NCBI GenBank assembly: GCA_013239625.1
Contig: MU056000.1
Span: 7,603,214 to 7,663,213 of the forward strand
Reading direction: 5' to 3'
Origin: Lama guanicoe
Taxonomy: Eukaryota
DNA: 60,000 bases
Shown here piece by piece: positions 13,513-26,099 of this stretch. Under the pieces are notes generated by a model, which saw only the letters and a list, made by a program, of their open reading frames with translations, had not been told where the DNA came from and did not search any database. A program made the position numbers and the translations under genes. Positions within the stretch are counted from its first letter, which is position 1. Each line of letters begins with the position of its first letter.

Positions 13513-13525
13513 CCTCCAGGTGGCG
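13513..13525 (+). promoter_or_regulatory. Candidate CTCF motif
   Basis: cctccaggtggcg matches the CTCF core CCNSNAGRKGGCR; motif match only. Confidence 0.3.
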
Positions 13526-13665
13526 TGATCATGCAATACCCAAAAGATCGGGGAAGAAGGGGTTGAGCCCGGGAGATGGGGTCTTGTATTATACAGGAAA
13601 GTGTGTGAGAGACATATTGGAACTACCCCCACCCCCCATGAGCAGCACTCTAATTGATAAAGAGC

Positions 13666-14045
13666 TATTATAGGCTGGATTGTGTCCCCTTCAACATCTA
13701 TATGTTGAAACCCTAGCCCCCAATGTGACTATATTTGCAATAAGGTCTTTGAAGAGGTAATTAAGGTTAAATGAGGTCATAAGTGTGGGGCCCTCATTCA
13801 CTAGGACTGGTGTCCTTACAAGAAGAGGAAGGGGCAGCAGGGGTCCACCTGCACAGGGGAGAGGCCACGTGAGGACAGAGAGAAGGTGGCCGTCCGCAAG
13901 CCAAGGAGGGAGCCCTCAGGGGGATCCAAACCTGCCGACACTTTGATCTTGGGCTTCCAGCCTCCAGCCTGTGAGAAATAAATTTCTGTGGTGCAAGGCT
14001 CCCGGTCTGTGGATTTTGTCCTGGCAGTCTGAGCCGACTAACACA
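13666..14045 (+). mobile_element. MaLR solo LTR (MLT1A-like)
   Basis: Typical MLT1 motifs (gaggtaattaaggttaaatgaggtcataag, ttccagcctccagcctgtgagaaataaattt); 5-bp TSD agagc/ggagc. Confidence 0.9.
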
Positions 14046-15967
14046 GGAGCCCTGTGTATTTTTACTGATGTTTCTAAGAGTCTGTTGTTTGATCTTTGTC
14101 CTCTTTGCTTTCACCAGGTACAGATGGTAAACCGAAGGCAGAGTTACTGTATCAATTTTCACACTATCATTTTCATATCTCACTTGTCTGGAAAAATTTT
14201 AAAGTAGAGTAAGATTTATTCCCCAAGTAAAAACTTTGCAATACCACAGTCTGGATGTTTACACTGGCTTACTCAGGCAGACACCTGTTTAGACCTTGGA
14301 TATAATTTTTTAATTGAATAATTGAACCATTGATCTTGAGCAAAAAACATACAAGCTTCAGAGCTGTTTTTTTTTTTAAACAATAAATGCATTCACATCT
14401 CTATTTTTAAAAACACCATGGCTGTTTGAAAGACTGGAACACCAAATACACACTTATTGGCTGTATGATTTGGGATAAGGCATTCTGAATTTCTCTGAAA
14501 CCCACTTTTCTGAGCTATCAAATAATAGGTATACTGCAGGGTTGTGATTGAGATGAACAATAATGTGTGTAAAATGTTTGGCAAAGAGCTCAGGGGAGCT
14601 GTGGTGTAGCTGGCTACTGCTGTTGCCTTGAGACAGGATGAAAAGGAAGATTTTGCAAGACCTGGGATGCGGGGGAGCTGCCCGGGCTGGGCAGTCCCAG
14701 GCTGGGCAGTCCCAGGCCTGGGCCGCTTTCCCTGGGGGCTTTGTCACGCAGCCAGAGAAGCAGAACGGAGCTTGGCTGAAGCCGCCTCTGGTGACTCTGG
14801 GCTTGTCTTGTTGGTGCTGCTGGTCGGGGCTATTACTTGTGCTATAAGTTGGTTTGTAGGGGAAGCCAGAGGCCAGGAACCCTCAGCTGCTCCTACAACT
14901 AAAAGTGAAAGCAGGGTTGACACGGAGGTGAGCTCGCACACGGAGGTGAGCTCGCACACAGCTGTGCGCTAAGGCAGCACTTGCGTGAGCCCGTGGTCAT
15001 TGCCGATGGCTTTGGCTCTGCTCTGACTTCATCGGCTCAAGAAATGAAGACAGGATGGTTGGGACGGGGCCCTTCTGAGGTGGGCCCAGGGGAGGACGGG
15101 TCAGGGTGCCTGGCTCGTGGACTGGCACTGGTTTATGATGGCCCACAGCAGGGACAGGGGTGCTGGGGGAAGAACATTCCTGTTCATGTTGGCCAACAAG
15201 GCAAGACTGTTGGTTGTGGCCAGATGACAAAGCAGTATTTTCTGGTTTTGAATCTTTTTTATTCCTCACTTTGGTAGGCAAGAGCCTAAATGTCCTTCTT
15301 GGTGTCCCCAAATTCCTTTGATGCTTGTCCTGTCACTTATTGGAACCTATATAGGGTCCTACCACCAATTCCTGCCAGTGGCACTGTCTTACTCTCTTTT
15401 CCTTGTCTTAATCCCTTGGTACAATGCTCCCCTCTTGTCAATGGTCCCCAATCCTGAAGACACAAGGGGTTGCCTGGAGGACTCATTTAAAGTGCCCCTA
15501 CCTGAGCTCCACCCCAAGAAGACCTGTTTCCGAAGGCCCAGTGGGTGATCATCAACCTTCCTAGAAAACAAAATCTTGCACCAATGAAAACAGTTCAGGG
15601 ATTGGGAGCGGGGTAAGCTGGAGGTCTCAGCCACCATTTTCTGGGCAGTGTGGGAGGGATTCATAGACAAGCCAGACAACGTGGCTCTTTCTCAAGCTCT
15701 GTGGATTAAGGGGCTAATCTGTGGGGTAGAGATGGTCCATCACAGGGACATCCATGATCATTCTTGGGTGTCATTCTGTGTTTGTGCGTCCACCCCACCC
15801 CCTACTCCCAGTGGCCCAGGGCACTAGGAAGTAGAAACCCAGGAAAATGTAGTGATAAGATGAAGGATGAAGGACTGGTAACACTCCATCCATTCATTTT
15901 GGATGGAAATGAGAGTTAAGAGAAATTCCTTTAAGAGTAAGCTGAGGAAATTCTCATTCATAGTAAC

Positions 15968-15970
15968 AAT

Positions 15971-16027
<57 letters not shown>
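15968..16027 (+). repeat. (AAT)n microsatellite
   Basis: Near-perfect run of AAT units. Confidence 0.97.
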
Positions 16028-16028
<1 letters not shown>

Positions 16029-17239
16029 CAGCTTAGTGTTTTCTACTTTACTTTCTGTACTGAGCAGTAAAAGGCAATAGGGAGACAGTGAAGCATGATT
16101 TTGATAATCCTGGCAGCCTCCCCAGCTCCCAAATAGCTCTCCACCTAGCCTGGTATCATCCTAGAAATCCCAATACTAAATACTCTACTGTCATTAACAG
16201 TGTCTCTTTATCCACTTAAATAAACCCCTTGTGTGATTTAGGGCAGCAGGACCCCCATGCCAGTGAACTGGCTCCTACAGACCGGTTTCCTCGTCTCCAT
16301 AAGCGGCAGAAATCCAGGGATCCTAGTATGTGAAATTCCAATTCCAGCGCTCAAACTTCCCCAGCACCTGGAAATAGCTCGAAACCGCAGGTCTTGATTC
16401 TATTTTGGAGTCTGTGATTACCACAAAATGATACAAAACAGGATCTGTTCCTAGACGTAACCTCCTTTCACAAAGTGAGCGGCTGAAGGTTTCTGCGGCC
16501 GCGTCTCGGCCAGGCAGTGTGGGATCTGTGCGCTGCAGGCGTCTTACTTACTCTTGCAGGAGGCCAGTGTGTTTTATTTCATACGACACACGTGACACTC
16601 TCCCTTCCTTAACTGAGTCTCCACACCCCCCACACACTGTCTTCTTATTTTTATTTTTTAACTCGAGGGAATACTGTGTTCCTGGCTCTCCTCACAGCCA
16701 CGCGGGAGGAACGGCGGCACGCTCGAGGACAGAGGTGGCTGTCAATACATTCTGGATAACAAGCACACAGCTCAACCCGGGGCTCCCTCGGGAAAATAGA
16801 GGGGTGGAAGCCAAAATACCAGGCTGGGCAGGTTCGAGGAGGGGCAGCTCAGCTCACCCATCACACAGACATTAAAAATAAAATTAGGCTGGATCTCCTG
16901 TGATTCCCCAGCTAGGCAGAAGCCAAATAAATGGAACATATTAGCCTTAAGCTCGAATGATCTGTCTCCAAAGAATGGCCTCTCTCCTTCCTCCTGATTG
17001 CAGAGTCCTCCCCAAAGGTCCCACTCTCATGTGTTCGGAGCTGAGGCGGGGAGGGTCCGAGCTCCTGTCCCTCGGGCCCCTGTGGACAAGTACAGCAGCC
17101 CGTGTGTTTGTCCTCAGGCCGTCAGGGCTCCGTCAGGAGGGTCGGTTCCAGGGCTTATTTTGGGAATGGTGCTGGGGAGTTATTGAGCAAGCGCGGGTAA
17201 TTGCACGTCCAGTGGGGAGGTCGAGCACCGATTTGTGCT

Positions 17240-18030
17240 TGAGGTCCTAGGATGTCACAGGTAGAGCCTGGCCCTGCCTAGTTTCAAGGTCCAGCCCTGC
17301 CACTTACTGACACTCACAACCTCTTGGTACCTCTGCTACTCCAAAAGCGGAGGGGAAAAGACCCCAGTTCTTGTCATACCCGAAATAAAAGAATTCAGAC
17401 GGGAGACAGAGCGCTGTGCGGCGAAAGATGTTAAAGGTTTTATTCAGCAAAGGGAAAGTACGGCTCCAAGAATGGAGGCAGGCTGATCCCAGGGCAGGGA
17501 GCAGTGCTCTTTGTTCGCCTCTTTCTCTCACCCCCTTGCGTAGAGGTGGTCTTTTGATTGATGGCTCTTGCCCCTGGAGGGCTTAGTCATGCTTGTCCCC
17601 TTTTGTGCACGTCCTCACCTATGGTGCACACAGAAAAAACTCACGGTGAAGGGGCGCCTAAACCACAATGCTAATTATAGTACAACGAGCATGGGGTCAC
17701 GTCCAGTTAGATCCTTGTCGCTACCGCGCAGCTGTGACCGACAGGTTCTAACATGTTTCTTGTTGGCACTCATTTAAAGGAAGTAAAACCCCTTTATGCT
17801 GACGGTGGACACATCGCCATCTTCTGGACCATCCTGCCTCTTCTCCAGCTTATCTGCCTGGTGCTTCCACTTATCTAACTACCTCACACCTCAGTTTGCT
17901 CACCTGTAGAATGGGGGTCAGGTAGAATCCACCGTATGGATTCATTGGGAGGCTTAAGGGAGTTAATGCACAGAAAGTCTGAGATGAGACTCTGAGCTGA
18001 GCACAGAGATGTCATAACGTTCAGTTGCTA
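17240..18030 (+). mobile_element. MIR split by an LTR insertion
   Basis: ccctgccacttactg before and cctcagtttgctcacctgtagaatgggg after the LTR are contiguous MIR consensus. Confidence 0.75.
17334..17888 (-). mobile_element. Solo ERV1-class LTR
   Basis: TG...CA termini, perfect 4-bp TSD cctc (17330-33 / 17889-92), antisense AATAAA near 17447, retained CpGs. Confidence 0.88.
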
Positions 18031-19559
18031 ATGTTATGTTGACCATTTTAGAGACCCTGCACCCCATTTTATTGAGAGGTGACATGATTCAGCGAGGTAA
18101 GACCCTGGGGATCTGCAGCCCAGCATCCACTCCACCCAGATATTCTGTTATATTCTGTTAAAGTGGAGGCACGTCCCGCAGCCTTCTGGGTCCCATGTTG
18201 ATCTGTAAGCTGAGGGTGATGATGCCTGGCTTATGTGTGGATTTCTGTGAAGATAACATTAGATGCAAAATGTCCGTGGTTCTTAGCGGCTCCAACGTGT
18301 TATAATTTTTCTACTCTTAGTCTCTGAGTCATCTTTCTTTTCTTCCTGCCAAGTGGATCAAATCCAATTCCGGCATCAAATTGGACTGCAGAAGGTCGAA
18401 CCCTGAGATGTTTACTCATTGAACTGCACTTCCATCCAGCTCACTGGGCCTAGCATCTTCTGGGTTATTAGAAATCTCGTCAGTTTATAACAGAATCTCA
18501 TTCTAAGTTGACGTGGTTCCACGTGGCATCTCTGATGTGACATATTATCAAACATCAAATACGTTTCTTGTCACGCTCTGACACAATGTGTGGTTACTTG
18601 CTATTTATTGGTGGGTGGTAATACACCTCTCCCCCCTGCTCTGGAGTGGAAACTATTTATTTTAGGGATTTGAGGGGCTGAGGTGGAGAATGGAGTCAGA
18701 GCTGGAGATCAGAGCTGCCTTTTCCTGGAGACGGTGGTAGATATCCATGTTTGCAGCAGGACCATTGGCTGAGCCGAGCAAAATGAAGAAAGAGGAAAAA
18801 GTGGCATGCTATGCAGACTCCAGCTTACATTATGCCCACACAGGGGAAGAGAAGCACCCAAAACTGCTGATACAGCCCAGAGTGCCCTGCGCCAACCGTG
18901 GGGGGCCGTATTTGCTCAGACTCAGGTTGGTTTGAGCTCATCTGGTGAGGATTACATCCCCCACCAGGGCCAACATAGTGCCTTCTCTCTCTCCTGCATA
19001 GCTAATTCCCTCAGGTCTCTGTCCCTGTCTTGTTTTGTTCAAAATACATCTTTTTCCCTCCTCAGCAAACTAGAGTGGAGTTGACAAGAAGTTCTGATAA
19101 TTACTCCCTGAACAATAAATCACCCTGCGGCTGAACTGTGTTAAGTCCACGTGGGGCGTGAGTGTGTTTCAAGGGAAACTCTCTCAAGACAAATGGCAGC
19201 AGGGCTGTGATTACAGCTGAAAAGGACAGGCCGGAGGGGCTGTTTCCAGCCTGGTGCTGACTGCTGGGCTGGCGGGGGCTTTCCAGGACAGCCACTGTGA
19301 GGCTGCTGGGCAGAGGGGGGAGTTTGCCCCTCGCTCCGCTCCGTTTGTCCATGGGAGATATAAAGGGAATAAGCCCAGGAAGGAGGTTTTCCAGTTTTCA
19401 CTCCTTCCTTCACTCACTGATCTGTCAGACCCACGCTGCCATTCGGGCAGCCCGGCCGCTGTGGGCGACCAGTGTTCACCGCCGGCCTCCATCTCATGGG
19501 TCTGTGCCCACTGCCTGGGCTGAACCAGATGTTCACTACTGTGAACATCGCCCCATTAA

Positions 19560-21300
19560 GCCAATTTGGCTGAGCATCTGCTATTCTCTGAGCACGATGG
19601 AAAGCCCTGGAAATATAAAAATGAATGTCCTGGTGCTTGTCCTCAAGGAATATACAAATGAGTCGGGGAACACAGCTGCTTAAAGGCAAAAAAGACCCCT
19701 AAATTTGATATAAGTAGAAGAAGCACCAGGATGCAGTGTCTGAAGAACTGAGGGAGGCTTTCTAGAGCAGGACAGGGTGAGTGGGGCTTTGAGGGAAAGA
19801 GAAGGAGACCCCGAATCACCAGAAAGTGTGGTCCATTTGGGACACGGCAGCGTCCGGTGTGGGTACATGGGGGAGGAGCGGAGCCCCTTGAGAAGTGCCT
19901 GGAGATGTGGCGAGTAGCCTGAGAGTTGGAACTGATTCTCACAATTCCTTTGCTAACATTTTTAAGCAGCAGTGTGACAAGATCATATTCGTAACTCAGA
20001 AAGCCCTCAGTAGCTTGAGAGTAAAATACCAGAAGGGCCAAGAGAGGGAGACCAGTTAGAACACACCACTCACTCATGCATTCGTTCGACAAATAGTTTT
20101 GAATGCCTGCTATGTGGCGAGGTGACAAGCCAGAAGCTGGGAAGAGAGTGATGACCCAAACAGCTCACTGTTGAACAGGAGAAGTGGGTTTAAATAAACA
20201 GACACCAAAATGAGCATATATTTACAAACCGCAGTAAGCGCTGTGAATGGAATGCCATGATGCCATATACTAACGTGGGGGAGGGGCTTGGTTTCAATGG
20301 GTGATCAAGGGAAGTCCTTCTTCAAGAAGAAGCATTTGTTCTGAGGCCAAGTGGATGAATAGGATTCATTTGGCTACTCTGCAAAGCAAGACTAGGAGCA
20401 GGAAAACCTGTTGGAAAGCCAAGTCAGTCATCCCTGGCAGGGAAGAGCTGGTGGCGCGGGAAACGTGGGGAAGAGAGCTGATTTGAGCTGTGTTTTGGAG
20501 GTAAAGCCGGCAGGACTGCTTCGGCCTGGGTGAGAAGAGGAAAGACTGTGGATCAGTTCAGCGGGGGGTGTCGCGGGTTTGAAGGAGAAAGGCATCCGCG
20601 AGGCCTGATGATGGATGGCGTGGAGGGGGGTCAGGAAGAGTAGCACCTGGGCTGATTTCTGGTTTCTGGCTCAGTAACTTGGATGGACAGAAGCACGAGG
20701 AAGCGTAAATGGGAGTGGGGCTGACGATTGCTTCAGCCCTAATGTGAATGAAAAATACTGCTGCCATATCAGTAAACAAAGGATATTGCAGCCTTCAAGC
20801 CATCACATTGCAGCCGCCCAAGGGTACAACCTGAAGGGACTCAGAACAGAGGCTACTGGCCCTCGACAGCTAAGGTGCACAGCAAAGGAATGATGTCAGG
20901 GAGCCCAGACTCCTGCATCTCCTTATACAGAGGAAAGCGCTGAATTCCTTCACTTGAGACGTCTGGTTTTCTTTAATTAACAGTAATCTTTCGATGTTCC
21001 GACTACCTGATCTTTGTTGCAAAACCTCCTATTTATCTTGGCTCCTCCCCTACCTCTTCAGAGCAGTCCCTTAGAGCGATCTGAGAGGCCGTCTTCCGGG
21101 CTAAGTCCTCAGAAAGTCCACAGAATAAAACATAATTCTCAACTTTTTGGTGGTGCATTTTTTCCAGTTGACGCTAAGATGTGTCTGAGATGCCCACGGC
21201 ACATGCAGAGATATGTCTGCATGTAAGGCCTGGGCCGGAAATTGTAGCGCATATAAAAACGAAAGTAAGAGCGTCGAGGAGTTCAGCCAGAATGTGTGCA
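19560..21300 (-). mobile_element. L2 fragments, interrupted by an LTR
   Basis: Antisense L2 3' tail (cattcgttcgacaaatagttttgaatgcctgctatgtgg) and purine-rich L2 body; continues after the LTR. Confidence 0.7.
20743..21173 (+). mobile_element. Solo ERV1 LTR, MER41-like
   Basis: tgtgaatg...cagttgacg; perfect TSD ctaa (20739-42 / 21174-77); AATAAA near 21124; MER41-like gagcagtcccttagagcgatctgagaggc. Confidence 0.85.
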
Positions 21301-22006
21301 GGGTTTGGGCAAAACCACTGCGGACCCAGGCAACTGAAACAGGAACCAGTCCTGTGGTGCTGAGTGCCACCCTTTCATCAAACATGAAGACAAGAGCAAG
21401 GCAAGAATGGTGACAAATTAAAACCTGCATCTTGTTTTCTTTCTTTACTCCCCAAGTGACTCAGATTTAGGGGACAGTCTCAATTTAGTGCAATTTCATT
21501 TTTTTCGTTGAAGACCCATTACCCAATCAGCCATGGTTATCTCTGGGGAATGAGTCTGGGGAGGGATGGTTGAGGAGAAAATTTTTCCTTCTAATGTTAT
21601 AAAATTCTTTGTTTTTAAAAAATGTTGTTTTGCAGGGACCAAATATTGTTTATTTCTTATATAAACAAGGGGTAATTAGAGGACTTAAAAATACTTGATT
21701 ACAATATGATTGGGATTCCCCTCATATGTTAAACAAAACTTATCTGCCACAAAACTTAAAAGTGTATACCGCTGTTAGACTTTTCATATGAATAAATTCG
21801 TATAGAAGAAAAGAAATTGCTTCCCCCCAACATGGGAGGCTCAGTTCCTGGATCGGCCACTACTGGTACTTTGGAGGTGACAGACAGGCAAAGACACTCA
21901 GACACTGAACAGCAGCCCTCCAGGGTCCCTGCCCACAGCCCAGCTTGTTTGGGGTCATCCCAGAAATGGATCGGAACTTCTTCTCAATATGTAGAGGGGT
22001 TTCTCT

Positions 22007-22375
22007 TGTTGACAAATGCACAGCCGAGAAGTTGCGAATCATGTTTTATTTGGCAGACTTGCTGAGGACTTAAGCCCAGAAGACAGCCTCTGAGAGCACT
22101 CTGAGGGACTGCTCTGAACGGGTAAGGGAGGAACCAGGGGAGATGGGAGATTATGCAGCAAAAGCTTTTCTATGCGCAGGAAGATGCAAGAGTCCGGGCT
22201 CCTTGAATTTTTTCCTTTCATACGCACCTCGCCATCCAGGGCCAGTATCCTGTTCTTTCCCCTCCTGAATGCCCTCAGGGTGCAGGGGTCCTGGCGTGTG
22301 ATTGCCGTGGCTGAGGGCTTGATAGCAGCAGCATCCTTTGTTTACTGATATAGCGGGGGACATCTTTCATCCATA
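22007..22375 (-). mobile_element. Solo ERV1 LTR, MER41-like (internally shorter copy)
   Basis: Reverse complement aligns to the 20743 LTR; perfect TSD ctct (22003-06 / 22376-79). Confidence 0.85.
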
Positions 22376-22967
22376 CTCTGAAGCCACAGATTACGGAATT
22401 CTCTGGGCGACAATGGGTTGAGTGGAAGTAGAGAGGACCAGTGAGAAGTCTTGCGAACAGCTACCACTGCTGGGATGCCGGCTCGTCTTGGACCTGTGCA
22501 TGTCTGCTGCACACTGATGGTGCATTTGCCAATATTTCCCTGCTGTCTTTGTGTGTGTGAGTGGCCCACTGAGAAACAAGAGAAGGGCCCATGCCCTGCG
22601 TATGTCATGGTTTTTTCCCTAATGAAATCTGGGGAACAGCTAGGTCTCTTCTTTAACGCAGGATGACGTTCACGACTCAAGGAAACTTACCTGCCAGACT
22701 CATCTCTCTGGCTCTGCTTAGGTTGGTGGTTGTTTTCTGCCTGGGGTCAAGGATTGTTTTGATTCTTTCATTCCTTCTACAAATTAAGGGAGAATGTGAC
22801 AAGATTGTGGCTGATTACAGAGATCCTTCTGCTATGGTTAACACTCAGTAACATTCTTAGAGAAAGACAAGATGTGCTAACGAGATTCTTTCAAAAAGCA
22901 CAATAAAAGGCGTTTTTGCAGAAAGGAACTCAAGAGCTGGGTTCACCATTGAATAAAAGAGGTGAGA

Positions 22968-22981
22968 GCAGCAGGTGGCGG
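22968..22981 (+). promoter_or_regulatory. Candidate CTCF motif
   Basis: gcagcaggtggcgg is 12/14 to CCAGCAGGTGGCGC; motif match only. Confidence 0.25.
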
Positions 22982-25900
22982 TCAGCCTGCATTCAACTGG
23001 AATCCAGAGTTCTCAGATGTGACTGGTGATGATCCTCTGTTTTAGTTCAATTGTGCGTTTTGTTCTTAAAAAAAAAGGAAAAACCAAAGAAGGCACTTTA
23101 AAAGAAGATCAGGGTAAGAGAAAGGAATTGGATCCAATGAGAGCTGGCTTGTCTCTTTGAGACATCTGCTTGTTCTGTCATCCTGCGGTATCCGGCACAA
23201 CCACCGGACTTGTGGACTAGTAGTGAGAGGAGCACTGATGAAGCAAGTGAGGCAGGAGAAATCCAGGCAGTTGGTTGACTGATTTTTTGTGCATCTGTGC
23301 CTTACCCATTCGATTTGTCATCCTTGATGTGCATGAATAAGTTACAAACGTCTCTACTGTCTGTGTGGCACCGCACTGGAAAACTGAGGGAGAAAAGGAA
23401 AATAAATCAAAGTATATGTTCTTTCCTTCATCTAATAAAGAGATACATTCACCCAAAATAACTTTCAGACACTTCTGAAGCTATTTCAAATGAAGTGAGC
23501 TGCTTAGAAATTGAAAGAGGTAAATTTAGAAGAGCAGACAGGGAGAAAACTTAGATTTTCTTTATTTTATGATTGCATGCAAGAGTCAAGCGTTGTGCCC
23601 TCACTCCTAAGAGACGAGTAGGTTGCATTGGGTAAGGTCAATTGAATGTGTAAAGCATTAATCCCCTATTTCTTATGATCCCATATTAGTGCCACCTTGT
23701 GGGATCCTGAATCCACAAAATCTTGCTCAGGGTATCGCCAGCTCTGGAAACCTCAAGGTCCTGGTCTTCTGTGATGACCGATTCCTGGGGCACCAGCCTG
23801 GGCGAGCACAGGTCCAGTCATTGCTGCAGACACTTCCTGGGTGTCTTCTGTCTGGCAAGCAATCTGTTGGATGCTGCAGGTTCAGATTTTCCTCCATGCA
23901 CCCATTTCACTAGACCACGCGAATTTTCTAAATTATACTCACTTAAACTGCTTCTGATTCTGCTCAGTTACAGGAAACTCCATTCTTCTCCCCAAGAACA
24001 TCTGGGAAGCCCAGGAATTTCTTAGCTTCCCCCCAGTCTTTCTTAATTAGCCACCAGGCTAGCCATCATGTATCTCATGCCCATCATGCAATCTGCCCCG
24101 TCCACGGTCTACACTGGTTCTTCCACAAGTTACCTCCACCTGTCCCGAGAGCTTCTCTCTGGCTACTGCCGCCTTTCCCTCTTCCTCAGTCTCCCACACA
24201 TTGTGACTTTCAATCAGCCTTTACTGAAGCTGCAGGTGCCAGGCCACTACCCACACATACCCTCTTTTGAGGCCACCACTCAAGTATCCTTCCCTGCCCC
24301 CAGGATCTCTGTCATCCAGCTTGGTTGACAGTGGCTACTTCTACTCCCTTCAAAGGAACTCCTCAACCCCGGCCCTTCTTTGAGTGATTTTACCTGATGG
24401 TCCCCTAAAAGAAATTTCACTGAAACTTGATAATCCATTATGAACATTTCCCCAAGCCTGAGTTATTTAACCTAAAATGACACCATGAGTAGGACGTCAG
24501 CCTGGATGTTTCTCAGCCAAGCCCAGCATGGCCCCCTTTTATAACCTTTCTCTTAGCTTCAGGTGAAGCCTGATCCTGTTCAGATATCCTCAGGCTTGTA
24601 GCTCCCAATGGCCAGGAACAGCATACTTGAGCTGGAACACCAGCACGTACTCATATGAGCCCCTCTGCAGGACCAGTGATGGTCAGCTCAAGGAAGTCTG
24701 AATCCATGCAGAGGAAGGAACTCTTCCAAAGGAGCAGTAACATCTGCTGAGACTGAGTTCAACTAAAATCACCAACAAACTCACCTCCAAAGAGAGCAGT
24801 TGGACATCTCCTTGTAAAGCAGTTGTCATCCAGGACTTCACAGTGATAGGGGACATGCTTTGTGTTTGTATAACCAGAAGATGCTTTGGGAAGGTTGCCC
24901 TGGGACAAAGGACTGCAATGTCTCAAAAGTAGATTCATGTTGGGATCTCCTTCAAAACAGAGAATTTCTTAGTCTTCTCATGTCAGCCTCTCAAGAGCCC
25001 CGACTATGAATTCTTGGTTAGAGGTTGCCAATGACCGGCCCAGGCAGGGATCCAGTGGGTTCATGTGTTTGACCACTCCCAGCCTGCTTCACCTACCCAC
25101 ATATCTGGTGTGAACCCTGATCTGGGTGACTAAGTCATAGGTGCTGCCCTCAGGGGTTCTGGGTCAAGGGGGTGGAGTCCCCAGGGAGTGGGCCATCCAC
25201 TGATGCCCACTGGAGCATTAGCCTCCCATCCTCCAGCAAATGTTGCCAAATCCTCCTCCTTGACTCTTTCTGTTCTGCTTTGGGAGCCATCAAAATAATA
25301 GCCCTTATGGTCATGGCCAAGCCTTGGTTGCTTACCCATTGCCATCACCCTTGGCCAAGCACTGACCTTGCCTGGGCAATTGACCTTTGCTGTTGTTGGC
25401 ACCAGCCCCTCTTTCCCTCTTGCCACTGTGCCACTGTATCCACCTGTGCTGGACTAGGCAGGGCTGCCCCCTTGGCCAAGATGTCCCCGCTCTTCTGAGC
25501 ACTCCCTTCCCTCCACCAGAACAAGTTACAGAAAGTTGCCCTCCCCACCATTTTAGTATTTTCCCACTTGACCCCCGAGGACCTGGAGCTGGGAAAAGTG
25601 GTGGGGTCTGCTCTGAGCCCGGATGAGACAGATCTCAGCCCTGTCCCTTTGGAACTCTTGATACATTTATTTAGAGAATTAGGGAAAATGCCAGCAGAGA
25701 GCCACACGGGGGTTCAAGTTGTTCCCATGTTGTATCCTCATCAGCCAACGTATCAGTTGGTGCCTCTTTCAAAGCACGTTGTCATGTTCTGTTTTTGGCA
25801 AGATTCTTGCCCGAGTCTTGTGTCATCTCCAAACAGCCTCATGAATCACCTTGTGGCTTTGGTCCCCAGAGCAGTACAAGCTAACTGCTGCATTCTGCAA

Positions 25901-26099
25901 GAAGCGCGGGGTACAGTATCGGTATTTGGCCTGCCCTTACAGTCCTGGAGTCACTTACTTAGGTACTTTCCCCTGAAGGAGCCCTTATCGTAAATCTGTG
26001 CAGTAGGCCAAGTGGTAAGGAGGGTGCAAGTAAGTTTGAGACATGGTTCCTATCTTGTAGTTTCTGACCCAGATGGCCAAGTTCACAATGGATGTGCCT

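Noticed and set aside
20743..22375. A single provirus bounded by two LTRs
   Set aside because: The LTRs are inverted and each has its own TSD; no PBS or internal genes lie between them
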